This document shows positions 1-12,227 of a stretch of DNA of 64,000 nucleotides, in pieces. Made by a program: the position numbers and the translations under genes. Numbering within the stretch: the stretch's first letter is position 1; every line of letters starts with the position of its first letter. The stretch lies in NCBI RefSeq assembly GCF_009914755.1, contig NC_060936.1. The stretch is one strand, 5' to 3'. The notes beneath the pieces were generated by a model. That model saw only the letters and a program-made list of their open reading frames with translations. It was not told where the DNA came from and ran no database searches. This stretch comes from the human T2T-CHM13v2.0 reference genome, Homo sapiens.

Positions 1-138
1 TGAAATCTCCAGCTGCAAATTCCACAAAAAGGGTGTTTAACATCTGCTCTTCTAAAGGAAAGTTCAACTCTATGAGTTGAATACACACAGCACAAAGAAG
101 TTACTGAGACTTCTCCTATCAAACATTATATGAAGAAA

Positions 139-155
139 TCCCGTTTCCAACGAAG
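139..155 (-). other. CENP-B box (representative; about 189 box positions in the window, one per dimer)
   Basis: The + strand TCCCGTTTCCAACGAAG is the reverse complement of CTTCGTTGGAAACGGGA and matches all 9 essential bases of NTTCGNNNNANNCGGGN. It recurs at 479, 819, 1158 and onward. Confidence 0.97.
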
Positions 156-1328
156 GCCTCAAAGAGGTCCAAATGTCTGCTTGCAGACTTTACAGACAGA
201 GTGTTTCCAAACTGCTCCATCAAAAGAAAGGTTAAACTCCTTGAGTTGAACACACACATCACAAAGTAGTTTCTGTGAATGATTCTGTCTAGTTTTTATA
301 CGAAGATGTTTCCTTTTCTACCTTTGGTCTCAAAGCGATTGAAATCTCCACATGGAAACTCCACAAAAAGAGTGTTTCAAATCTGCTCTTTCTGAAGGAA
401 GGTTCAACTCTGTGAGTTGAATACACACACCACAAATAAGTTACTGAGAATTCTTCTGTGTAACATTATATGAGGAAATCCCGTTTCCAACGAAGGCCTC
501 AAAGAGGTCCAAATATCCACTTGCAGACTTTACAAAGACAGTGTCTCCAAACTCCTCCATCAAAAGAAAGGTTATACTCTGTGAATTGAACGCACACATC
601 ACAAAGTAGTTTCTGAGAATGATTCTGTCTAGTTTTTATACGAAGATATTTCCTTTTCTACATTTGGCCTAAAAGCGCTTGAAATCTCCACCTGCAAATA
701 TCACAAAAAGAGGGTTTCACATCTGCTCTGTCTAAAGGACAGTTCACCTCTGTGAGTTGAATAGAGGCAACACAAAGAACTTACTCAGTATTCTTCTTTC
801 TAGCATTCTATGAAGAAATCCCGTTTCCAACGAAGGCCTCAAAGAGGTCAAATATCTGCTTGCAGACTTTACAGACAGAGTGTTTCCAAACTACTCTATG
901 AAAAGAAAGCTTAAACTCCTTGAGTTGAACGCACACATCACAAAGTAGTTTCTGAGAATGATTCTGTCTAGTTTTTATACGAAGATGTTTCCTTTTCTAC
1001 ATTTGGTCTCAAAGCTCTTGAAATCTCCAACTGGAAACTGCACAAATAGGCTGTTTCAAATCTGCTCTGTCTAAAGGAAGGTTCAACTCTGTGAGTTGAA
1101 TACACACACCACAAATAAGTTACTGAGAATTCTTCTGTCGAACATTACTTGAAGAAATCCCGTTTCCAACGAAGGCCTCAAAGAGGTCCAAATATCCACT
1201 TGCAGACGTTACAAACAGAGTGTTTCCAAACTGCTCCATCAAAAGAAAGGTTAAACTCTGTGAGCTGAACACACACATCAAAAAGAAGTTTCTGTGAATG
1301 ATTCTGTCTAGATTTTATAAGAAGATGT

Positions 1329-1345
1329 TTCCTTTTCTACCGTAG
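1329..1345. other. pJalpha-like (A-box) motif of the box-less alternate monomer (representative)
   Basis: TTCCTTTTCTACCGTAG occupies the position equivalent to the CENP-B box in alternating monomers, giving the A/B monomer alternation typical of SF1/SF2 arrays. The match was judged from memory of the consensus. Confidence 0.65.
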
Positions 1346-1358
1346 GCCTCAAAGCGCT

Positions 1359-3397
1359 TGAAATCTCCAGCTGCAAATTCCACAAAAAGGGTGTTTAACA
1401 TCTGCTCTTCTAAAGGAAAGTTCAACTCTATGAGTTGAATACACACAGCACAAAGAAGTTACTGAGACTTCTCCTATCAAACATTATATGAAGAAATCCC
1501 GTTTCCAACGAAGGCCTCAAAGAGGTCCAAATATCTGCTTGCAGACTTTACAGACAGAGTGTTTCCAAACTGCTCCATCAAAAGAAAGGTTAAACTCCTT
1601 GAGTTGAACACACACATCACAAAGTAGTTTCTGTGAATGATTCTGTCTAGTTTTTATACGAAGATGTTTCCTTTTCTACCTTTGGTCTCAAAGCGATTGA
1701 AATCTCCACATGGAAACTCCACAAAAAGAGTGTTTCAAATCTGCTCTTTCTGAAGGAAGGTTCAACTCTGTGAGTTGAATACACACACCACAAATAAGTT
1801 ACTGAGAATTCTTCTGTGTAACATTATATGAGGAAATCCCGTTTCCAACGAAGGCCTCAAAGAGGTCCAAATATCCACTTGCAGACTTTACAAAGACAGT
1901 GTCTCCAAACTCCTCCATCAAAAGAAAGGTTATACTCTGTGAATTGAACGCATACATCACAAAGTAGTTTCTGAGAATGATTCTGTCTAGTTTTTATACG
2001 AAGATATTTCCTTTTCTACATTTGGCCTAAAAGCGCTTGAAATCTCCACCTGCAAATATCACAAAAAGAGGGTTTCACATCTGCTCTGTCTAAAGGACAG
2101 TTCACCTCTGTGAGTTGAATAGAGGCAACACAAAGAACTTACTCAGTATTCTTCTTTCTAGCATTCTATGAAGAAATCCCGTTTCCAACGAAGGCCTCAA
2201 AGAGGTCCAAATATCTGCTTGCAGACTTTACAGACAGAGTTTTTCCAAACTGCTCCATCAAAAGAAAGGTTAAACTCCTTGAGTTGAACACACACATCAC
2301 AAAGTAGTTTCTGTGAATGATTCTGTCTAGTTTTTATACGAAGATGTTTCCTTTTCTACCTTTGGTCTCAAAGCGATTGAAATCTCCACATGGAAACTCC
2401 ACAAAAAGAGTGTTTCAAATCTGCTCTTTCTGAAGGAAGGTTCAACTCTGTGAGTTGAATACACACACCACAAATAAGTTACTGAGAATTCTTCTGTGTA
2501 ACATTATATGAGGAAATCCCGTTTCCAACGAAGGCCTCAAAGAGGTCCAAATATCCACTTGCAGACTTTACAAAGACAGTGTCTCCAAACTCCTCCATCA
2601 AAAGAAAGGTTATACTCTGTGAATTGAACGCACACATCACAAAGTAGTTTCTGAGAATGATTCTGTCTAGTTTTTATACGAAGATATTTCCTTTTCTACA
2701 TTTGGCCTAAAAGCGCTTGAAATCTCCACCTGCAAATATCACAAAAAGAGGGTTTCACATCTGCTCTGTCTAAAGGACAGTTCACCTCTGTGAGTTGAAT
2801 AGAGGCAACACAAAGAACTTACTCAGTATTCTTCTTTCTAGCATTCTATGAAGAAATCCCGTTTCCAACGAAGGCCCCAAAGAGGTCCAAATATCTGCTT
2901 GCAGACTTTACAGACAGAGTTTTTCCAAACTGCTCCATCAAAAGAAAGGTTAAACTCCTTGAGTTGAACACACACATCACAAAGTAGTTTCTGTGAATGA
3001 TTCTGTCTAGTTTTTATAAGAAGATGTTTCCTTTTCTACCTTTGGTCTCAAAGCGATTGAAATCTCCACATGGAAACTCCTCAAAAAGAGTGTTTCAAAT
3101 CTGCTCTTTCTGAAGGAAGGTTCAACTCTGTGAGTTGAATACACAAACCACAAATAAGTTACTGAGAATTCTTCTGTGTAACATTATATGAGGAAATCCC
3201 GTTTCCAACGAAGGCCTCAAAGAGGTCCAAATATCCACTTGCGGACATTACAAACAGTGTGTTTCCCAACTGCTCCATCAAAAGAAAGGTTAAACTCTGT
3301 GAGCTGAACACACACATCAAAAAGAAGTTTCTGTGAATGATTCTGTCTAGATTTTATAAGAAGATGTTTCCTTTTCTACCGTAGGCCTCAAAGCGCT
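1359..3397 (-). repeat. 12-mer variant HOR ABCBCB' (2039 bp)
   Basis: Dimer order is A,B,C,B,C,B' with no HindIII or D-left monomer. Markers cgcaTac (1953) and cacaAacc. Confidence 0.92.
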
Positions 3398-4755
3398 TGA
3401 AATCTCCAGCTGCAAATTCCACAAAAAGGGTGTTTAACATCTGCTCTTCTAAAGGAAAGTTCAACTCTATGAGTTGAATACACACAGCACAAAGAAGTTA
3501 CTGAGACTTCTCCTATCAAACATTATATGAAGAAATCCCGTTTCCAACGAAGGCCTCAAAGAGGTCCAAATGTCTGCTTGCAGACTTTACAGACAGAGTG
3601 TTTCCAAACTGCTCCATCAAAAGAAAGGTTAAACTCCTTGAGTTGAACACACACATCACAAAGTAGTTTCTGTGAATGATTCTGTCTAGTTTTTATACGA
3701 AGATGTTTCCTTTTCTACCTTTGGTCTCAAAGCGATTGAAATCTCCACATGGAAACTCCACAAAAAGAGTGTTTCAAATCTGCTCTTTCTGAAGGAAGGT
3801 TCAACTCTGTGAGTTGAATACACACACCACAAATAAGTTACTGAGAATTCTTCTGTGTAACATTATATGAGGAAATCCCGTTTCCAACGAAGGCCTCAAA
3901 GAGGTCCAAATATCCACTTGCAGACTTTACAAAGACAGTGTCTCCAAACTCCTCCATCAAAAGAAAGGTTATACTCTGTGAATTGAACGCACACATCACA
4001 AAGTAGTTTCTGAGAATGATTCTGTCTAGTTTTTATACGAAGATATTTCCTTTTCTACATTTGGCCTAAAAGCGCTTGAAATCTCCACCTGCAAATATCA
4101 CAAAAAGAGGGTTTCACATCTGCTCTGTCTAAAGGACAGTTCACCTCTGTGAGTTGAATAGAGGCAACACAAAGAACTTACTCAGTATTCTTCTTTCTAG
4201 CGTTCTATGAAGAAATCCCGTTTCCAACGAAGGCCTCAAAGAGGTCAAATATCTGCTTGCAGACTTTACAGACAGAGTGTTTCCAAACTACTCTATGAAA
4301 AGAAAGCTTAAACTCCTTGAGTTGAACGCACACATCACAAAGTAGTTTCTGAGAATGATTCTGTCTAGTTTTTATACGAAGATGTTTCCTTTTCTACATT
4401 TGGTCTCAAAGCTCTTGAAATCTCCAACTGGAAACTGCACAAATAGGCTGTTTCAAATCTGCTCTGTCTAAAGGAAGGTTCAACTCTGTGAGTTGAATAC
4501 ACACACCACAAATAAGTTACTGAGAATTCTTCTGTCGAACATTACTTGAAGAAATCCCGTTTCCAACGAAGGCCTCAAAGAGGTCCAAATATCCACTTGC
4601 AGACGTTACAAACAGAGTGTTTCCAAACTGCTCCATCAAAAGAAAGGTTAAACTCTGTGAGCTGAACACACACATCAAAAAGAAGTTTCTGTGAATGATT
4701 CTGTCTAGATTTTATAAGAAGATGTTTCCTTTTCTACCGTAGGCCTCAAAGCGCT

Positions 4756-6114
4756 TGAAATCTCCAGCTGCAAATTCCACAAAAAGGGTGTTTAACATCT
4801 GCTCTTCTAAAGGAAAGTTCAACTCTATGAGTTGAATACACACAGCACAAAGGAGTTACTGAGACTTCTCCTATCAAACATTATATGAAGAAATCCCGTT
4901 TCCAACGAAGGCCTCAAAGAGGTCCAAATATCTGCTTGCAGACTTTACAGACAGAGTGTTTCCAAACTGCTCCATCAAAAGAAAGGTTAAACTCCTTGAG
5001 TTGAACACACACATCACAAAGTAGTTTCTGTGAATGATTCTGTCTAGTTTTTATACGAAGATGTTTCCTTTTCTACCTTTGGTCTCAAAGCGATTGAAAT
5101 CTCCACATGGAAACTCCACAAAAAGAGTGTTTCAAATCTGCTCTTTCTGAAGGAAGGTTCAACTCTGTGAGTTGAATACACACACCACAAATAAGTTACT
5201 GAGAATTCTTCTGTGTAACATTATATGAGGAAATCCCGTTTCCAACGAAGGCCTCAAAGAGGTCCAAATATCCACTTGCAGACTTTACAAAGACAGTGTC
5301 TCCAAACTCCTCCATCAAAAGAAAGGTTATACTCTGTGAATTGAATGCACACATCACAAAGTAGTTTCTGAGAATGATTCTGTCTAGTTTTTATACGAAG
5401 ATATTTCCTTTTCTACATTTGGCCTAAAAGCGCTTGAAATCTCCACCTGCAAATATCACAAAAAGAGGGTTTCACATCTGCTCTGTCTAAAGGACAGTTC
5501 ACCTCTGTGAGTTGAATAGAGGCAACACAAAGAACTTACTCAGTATTCTTCTTTCTAGCATTCTATGAAGAAATCCCGTTTCCAACTAAGGCCCCAAAGA
5601 GGTCCAAATATCTGCTTGCAGACTTTACAGACAGAGTTTTTCCAAACTGCTCCATCAAAAGAAAGGTTAAACTCCTTGAGTTGAACACACACATCACAAA
5701 GTAGTTTCTGTGAATGATTCTGTCTAGTTTTTATAAGAAGATGTTTCCTTTTCTACCTTTGGTCTCAAAGCGATTGAAATCTCCACATGGAAACTCCTCA
5801 AAAAGAGTGTTTCAAATCTGCTCTTTCTGAAGGAAGGTTCAACTCTGTGAGTTGAATACACACACCACAAATAAGTTACTGAGAATTCTTCTGTGTAACA
5901 TTATATGAGGAAATCCCGTTTCCAACGAAGGCCTCAAAGAGGTCCAAATATCCACTTGCGGACATTACAAACAGTGTGTTTCCCAACTGCTCCATCAAAA
6001 GAAAGGTTAAACTCTGTGAGCTGAACACACACATCAAAAAGAAGTTTCTGTGAATGATTCTGTCTAGATTTTATAAGAAGATGTTTCCTTTTCTACCGTA
6101 GGCCTCAAAGCGCT
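4756..6114 (-). repeat. Variant 8-mer HOR ABCB' (1359 bp)
   Basis: The fourth dimer is B-type (ctccacatgg, ctccTcaaaa) ending in a D-type tail (gcGgacattacaaacagtgtg). HindIII site absent. Confidence 0.92.
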
Positions 6115-7472
6115 TGAAATCTCCAGCTGCAAATTCCACAAAAAGGGTGTTTAACATCTGCTCTTCTAAAGGAAAGTTCAACTCTATGAGTTGAATACAC
6201 ACAGCACAAAGAAGTTACTGAGACTTCTCCTATCAAACATTATATGAAGAAATCCCGTTTCCAACGAAGGCCTCAAAGAGGTCCAAATGTCTGCTTGCAG
6301 ACTTTACAGACAGAGTGTTTCCAAACTGCTCCATCAAAAGAAAGGTTAAACTCCTTGAGTTGAACACACACATCACAAAGTAGTTTCTGTGAATGATTCT
6401 GTCTAGTTTTTATACGAAGATGTTTCCTTTTCTACCTTTGGTCTCAAAGCGATTGAAATCTCCACATGGAAACTCCACAAAAAGAGTGTTTCAAATCTGC
6501 TCTTTCTGAAGGAAGGTTCAACTCTGTGAGTTGAATACACACACCACAAATAAGTTACTGAGAATTCTTCTGTGTAACATTATATGAGGAAATCCCGTTT
6601 CCAACGAAGGCCTCAAAGAGGTCCAAATATCCACTTGCAGACTTTACAAAGACAGTGTCTCCAAACTCCTCCATCAAAAGAAAGGTTATACTCTGTGAAT
6701 TGAACGCACACATCACAAAGTAGTTTCTGAGAATGATTCTGTCTAGTTTTTATACGAAGATATTTCCTTTTCTACATTTGGCCTAAAAGCGCTTGAAATC
6801 TCCACCTGCAAATATCACAAAAAGAGGGTTTCACATCTGCTCTGTCTAAAGGACAGTTCACCTCTGTGAGTTGAATAGAGGCAACACAAAGAACTTACTC
6901 AGTATTCTTCTTTCTAGCATTCTATGAAGAAATCCCGTTTCCAACGAAGGCCTCAAAGAGGTCAAATATCTGCTTGCAGACTTTACAGACAGAGTGTTTC
7001 CAAACTACTCTATGAAAAGAAAGCTTAAACTCCTTGAGTTGAACGCACACATCACAAAGTAGTTTCTGAGAATGATTCTGTCTAGTTTTTATACGAAGAT
7101 GTTTCCTTTTCTACATTTGGTCTCAAAGCTCTTGAAATCTCCAACTGGAAACTGCACAAATAGGCTGTTTCAAATCTGCTCTGTCTAAAGGAAGGTTCAA
7201 CTCTGTGAGTTGAATACACACACCACAAATAAGTTACTGAGAATTCTTCTGTCGAACATTACTTGAAGAAATCCCGTTTCCAACGAAGGCCTCAAAGAGG
7301 TCCAAATATCCACTTGCAGACGTTACAAACAGAGTGTTTCCAAACTGCTCCATCAAAAGAAAGGTTAAACTCTGTGAGCTGAACACACACATCAAAAAGA
7401 AGTTTCTGTGAATGATTCTGTCTAGATTTTATAAGAAGATGTTTCCTTTTCTACCGTAGGCCTCAAAGCGCT

Positions 7473-9511
7473 TGAAATCTCCAGCTGCAAATTCCACAAA
7501 AAGGGTGTTTAACATCTGCTCTTCTAAAGGAAAGTTCAACTCTATGAGTTGAATACACACAGCACAAAGAAGTTACTGAGACTTCTCCTATCAAACATTA
7601 TATGAAGAAATCCCGTTTCCAACGAAGGCCTCAAAGAGGTCCAAATATCTGCTTGCAGACTTTACAGACAGAGTGTTTCCAAACTGCTCCATCAAAAGAA
7701 AGGTTAAACTCCTTGAGTTGAACACACACATCACAAAGTAGTTTCTGTGAATGATTCTGTCTAGTTTTTATACGAAGATGTTTCCTTTTCTACCTTTGGT
7801 CTCAAAGCGATTGAAATCTCCACATGGAAACTCCACAAAAAGAGTGTTTCAAATCTGCTCTTTCTGAAGGAAGGTTCAACTCTGTGAGTTGAATACACAC
7901 ACCACAAATAAGTTACTGAGAATTCTTCTGTGTAACATTATATGAGGAAATCCCGTTTCCAACGAAGGCCTCAAAGAGGTCCAAATATCCACTTGCAGAC
8001 TTTACAAAGACAGTGTCTCCAAACTCCTCCATCAAAAGAAAGGTTATACTCTGTGAATTGAACGCATACATCACAAAGTAGTTTCTGAGAATGATTCTGT
8101 CTAGTTTTTATACGAAGATATTTCCTTTTCTACATTTGGCCTAAAAGCGCTTGAAATCTCCACCTGCAAATATCACAAAAAGAGGGTTTCACATCTGCTC
8201 TGTCTAAAGGACAGTTCACCTCTGTGAGTTGAATAGAGGCAACACAAAGAACTTACTCAGTATTCTTCTTTCTAGCATTCTATGAAGAAATCCCGTTTCC
8301 AACGAAGGCCTCAAAGAGGTCCAAATATCTGCTTGCAGACTTTACAGACAGAGTTTTTCCAAACTGCTCCATCAAAAGAAAGGTTAAACTCCTTGAGTTG
8401 AACACACACATCACAAAGTAGTTTCTGTGAATGATTCTGTCTAGTTTTTATACGAAGATGTTTCCTTTTCTACCTTTGGTCTCAAAGCGATTGAAATCTC
8501 CACATGGAAACTCCACAAAAAGAGTGTTTCAAATCTGCTCTTTCTGAAGGAAGGTTCAACTCTGTGAGTTGAATACACACACCACAAATAAGTTACTGAG
8601 AATTCTTCTGTGTAACATTATATGAGGAAATCCCGTTTCCAACGAAGGCCTCAAAGAGGTCCAAATATCCACTTGCAGACTTTACAAAGACAGTGTCTCC
8701 AAACTCCTCCATCAAAAGAAAGGTTATACTCTGTGAATTGAACGCACACATCACAAAGTAGTTTCTGAGAATGATTCTGTCTAGTTTTTATACGAAGATA
8801 TTTCCTTTTCTACATTTGGCCTAAAAGCGCTTGAAATCTCCACCTGCAAATATCACAAAAAGAGGGTTTCACATCTGCTCTGTCTAAAGGACAGTTCACC
8901 TCTGTGAGTTGAATAGAGGCAACACAAAGAACTTACTCAGTATTCTTCTTTCTAGCATTCTATGAAGAAATCCCGTTTCCAACGAAGGCCCCAAAGAGGT
9001 CCAAATATCTGCTTGCAGACTTTACAGACAGAGTTTTTCCAAACTGCTCCATCAAAAGAAAGGTTAAACTCCTTGAGTTCAACACACACATCACAAAGTA
9101 GTTTCTGTGAATGATTCTGTCTAGTTTTTATAAGAAGATGTTTCCTTTTCTACCTTTGGTCTCAAAGCGATTGAAATCTCCACATGGAAACTCCTCAAAA
9201 AGAGTGTTTCAAATCTGCTCTTTCTGAAGGAAGGTTCAACTCTGTGAGTTGAATACACAAACCACAAATAAGTTACTGAGAATTCTTCTGTGTAACATTA
9301 TATGAGGAAATCCCGTTTCCAACGAAGGCCTCAAAGAGGTCCAAATATCCACTTGCGGACATTACAAACAGTGTGTTTCCCAACTGCTCCATCAAAAGAA
9401 AGGTTAAACTCTGTGAGCTGAACACACACATCAAAAAGAAGTTTCTGTGAATGATTCTGTCTAGATTTTATAAGAAGATGTTTCCTTTTCTACCGTAGGC
9501 CTCAAAGCGCT
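7473..9511 (-). repeat. 12-mer variant HOR ABCBCB' (2039 bp)
   Basis: Same dimer order and markers (cgcaTac at 8067) as 1359-3397, offset 6114. Confidence 0.92.
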
Positions 9512-12227
9512 TGAAATCTCCAGCTGCAAATTCCACAAAAAGGGTGTTTAACATCTGCTCTTCTAAAGGAAAGTTCAACTCTATGAGTTGAATACACACA
9601 GCACAAAGAAGTTACTGAGACTTCTCCTATCAAACATTATATGAAGAAATCCCGTTTCCAACGAAGGCCTCAAAGAGGTCCAAATGTCTGCTTGCAGACT
9701 TTACAGACAGAGTGTTTCCAAACTGCTCCATCAAAAGAAAGGTTAAACTCCTTGAGTTGAACACACACATCACAAAGTAGTTTCTGTGAATGATTCTGTC
9801 TAGTTTTTATACGAAGATGTTTCCTTTTCTACCTTTGGTCTCAAAGCGATTGAAATCTCCACATGGAAACTCCACAAAAAGAGTGTTTCAAATCTGCTCT
9901 TTCTGAAGGAAGGTTCAACTCTGTGAGTTGAATACACACACCACAAATAAGTTACTGAGAATTCTTCTGTGTAACATTATATGAGGAAATCCCGTTTCCA
10001 ACGAAGGCCTCAAAGAGGTCCAAATATCCACTTGCAGACTTTACAAAGACAGTGTCTCCAAACTCCTCCATCAAAAGAAAGGTTATACTCTGTGAATTGA
10101 ACGCACACATCACAAAGTAGTTTCTGAGAATGATTCTGTCTAGTTTTTATACGAAGATATTTCCTTTTCTACATTTGGCCTAAAAGCGCTTGAAATCTCC
10201 ACCTGCAAATATCACAAAAAGAGGGTTTCACATCTGCTCTGTCTAAAGGACAGTTCACCTCTGTGAGTTGAATAGAGGCAACACAAAGAACTTACTCAGT
10301 ATTCTTCTTTCTAGCGTTCTATGAAGAAATCCCGTTTCCAACGAAGGCCTCAAAGAGGTCAAATATCTGCTTGCAGACTTTACAGACAGAGTGTTTCCAA
10401 ACTACTCTATGAAAAGAAAGCTTAAACTCCTTGAGTTGAACGCACACATCACAAAGTAGTTTCTGAGAATGATTCTGTCTAGTTTTTATACGAAGATGTT
10501 TCCTTTTCTACATTTGGTCTCAAAGCTCTTGAAATCTCCAACTGGAAACTGCACAAATAGGCTGTTTCAAATCTGCTCTGTCTAAAGGAAGGTTCAACTC
10601 TGTGAGTTGAATACACACACCACAAATAAGTTACTGAGAATTCTTCTGTCGAACATTACTTGAAGAAATCCCGTTTCCAACGAAGGCCTCAAAGAGGTCC
10701 AAATATCCACTTGCAGACGTTACAAACAGAGTGTTTCCAAACTGCTCCATCAAAAGAAAGGTTAAACTCTGTGAGCTGAACACACACATCAAAAAGAAGT
10801 TTCTGTGAATGATTCTGTCTAGATTTTATAAGAAGATGTTTCCTTTTCTACCGTAGGCCTCAAAGCGCTTGAAATCTCCAGCTGCAAATTCCACAAAAAG
10901 GGTGTTTAACATCTGCTCTTCTAAAGGAAAGTTCAACTCTATGAGTTGAATACACACAGCACAAAGAAGTTACTGAGACTTCTCCTATCAAACATTATAT
11001 GAAGAAATCCCGTTTCCAACGAAGGCCTCAAAGAGGTCCAAATATCTGCTTGCAGACTTTACAGACAGAGTGTTTCCAAACTGCTCCATCAAAAGAAAGG
11101 TTAAACTCCTTGAGTTGAACACACACATCACAAAGTAGTTTCTGTGAATGATTCTGTCTAGTTTTTATACGAAGATGTTTCCTTTTCTACCTTTGGTCTC
11201 AAAGCGATTGAAATCTCCACATGGAAACTCCACAAAAAGAGTGTTTCAAATCTGCTCTTTCTGAAGGAAGGTTCAACTCTGTGAGTTGAATACACACACC
11301 ACAAATAAGTTACTGAGAATTCTTCTGTGTAACATTATATGAGGAAATCCCGTTTCCAACGAAGGCCTCAAAGAGGTCCAAATATCCACTTGCAGACTTT
11401 ACAAAGACAGTGTCTCCAAACTCCTCCATCAAAAGAAAGGTTATACTCTGTGAATTGAACGCACACATCACAAAGTAGTTTCTGAGAATGATTCTGTCTA
11501 GTTTTTATACGAAGATATTTCCTTTTCTACATTTGGCCTAAAAGCGCTTGAAATCTCCACCTGCAAATATCACAAAAAGAGGGTTTCACATCTGCTCTGT
11601 CTAAAGGACAGTTCACCTCTGTGAGTTGAATAGAGGCAACACAAAGAACTTACTCAGTATTCTTCTTTCTAGCGTTCTATGAAGAAATCCCGTTTCCAAC
11701 GAAGGCCTCAAAGAGGTCAAATATCTGCTTGCAGACTTTACAGACAGAGTGTTTCCAAACTACTCTATGAAAAGAAAGCTTAAACTCCTTGAGTTGAACG
11801 CACACATCACAAAGTAGTTTCTGAGAATGATTCTGTCTAGTTTTTATACGAAGATGTTTCCTTTTCTACATTTGGTCTCAAAGCGATTGAAATCTCCAAC
11901 TGGAAACTGCACAAATAGGCTGTTTCAAATCTGCTCTGTCTAAAGGAAGGTTCAGCTCTGTGAGTTGAATACACACACCACAAATAAGTTACTGAGAATT
12001 ATTCTGTCGAACATTACAGGAAGAAATCCCGTTTCCAACGAAGGCCTCAAAGAGGTCCAAATATCCACTTGCAGACATTACAAACAGTGTGTTTCCCAAC
12101 TGCTCCATCAAAAGAAAGGTTAAACTCTGTGAGCTGAACACACACATCAAAAAGAAGTTTCTGTGAATGATTCTGTCTAGATTTTATAAGAAGATGTTTC
12201 CTTTTCTACCGTAGGCCTCAAAGCGCT

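Larger units (their letters stand above)
1..1358 (-). repeat. Canonical 8-monomer HOR unit ABCD (representative; 29 complete copies of 1357-1359 bp)
   Basis: Four distinct dimers are followed by recurrence of TGAAATCTCCAGCTG at 1359. PvuII CAGCTG is at 10-15 and HindIII AAGCTT at 907-912, once each per unit. Confidence 0.95.

Noticed and set aside
63-81. Short dyads such as ttcaactc-tat-gagttgaa and the AGGCCT palindrome beside the box
   Set aside because: These are generic, well-known features of alpha-satellite monomers. They are not terminators or anything specific to this window, and a cruciform role cannot be shown from sequence.
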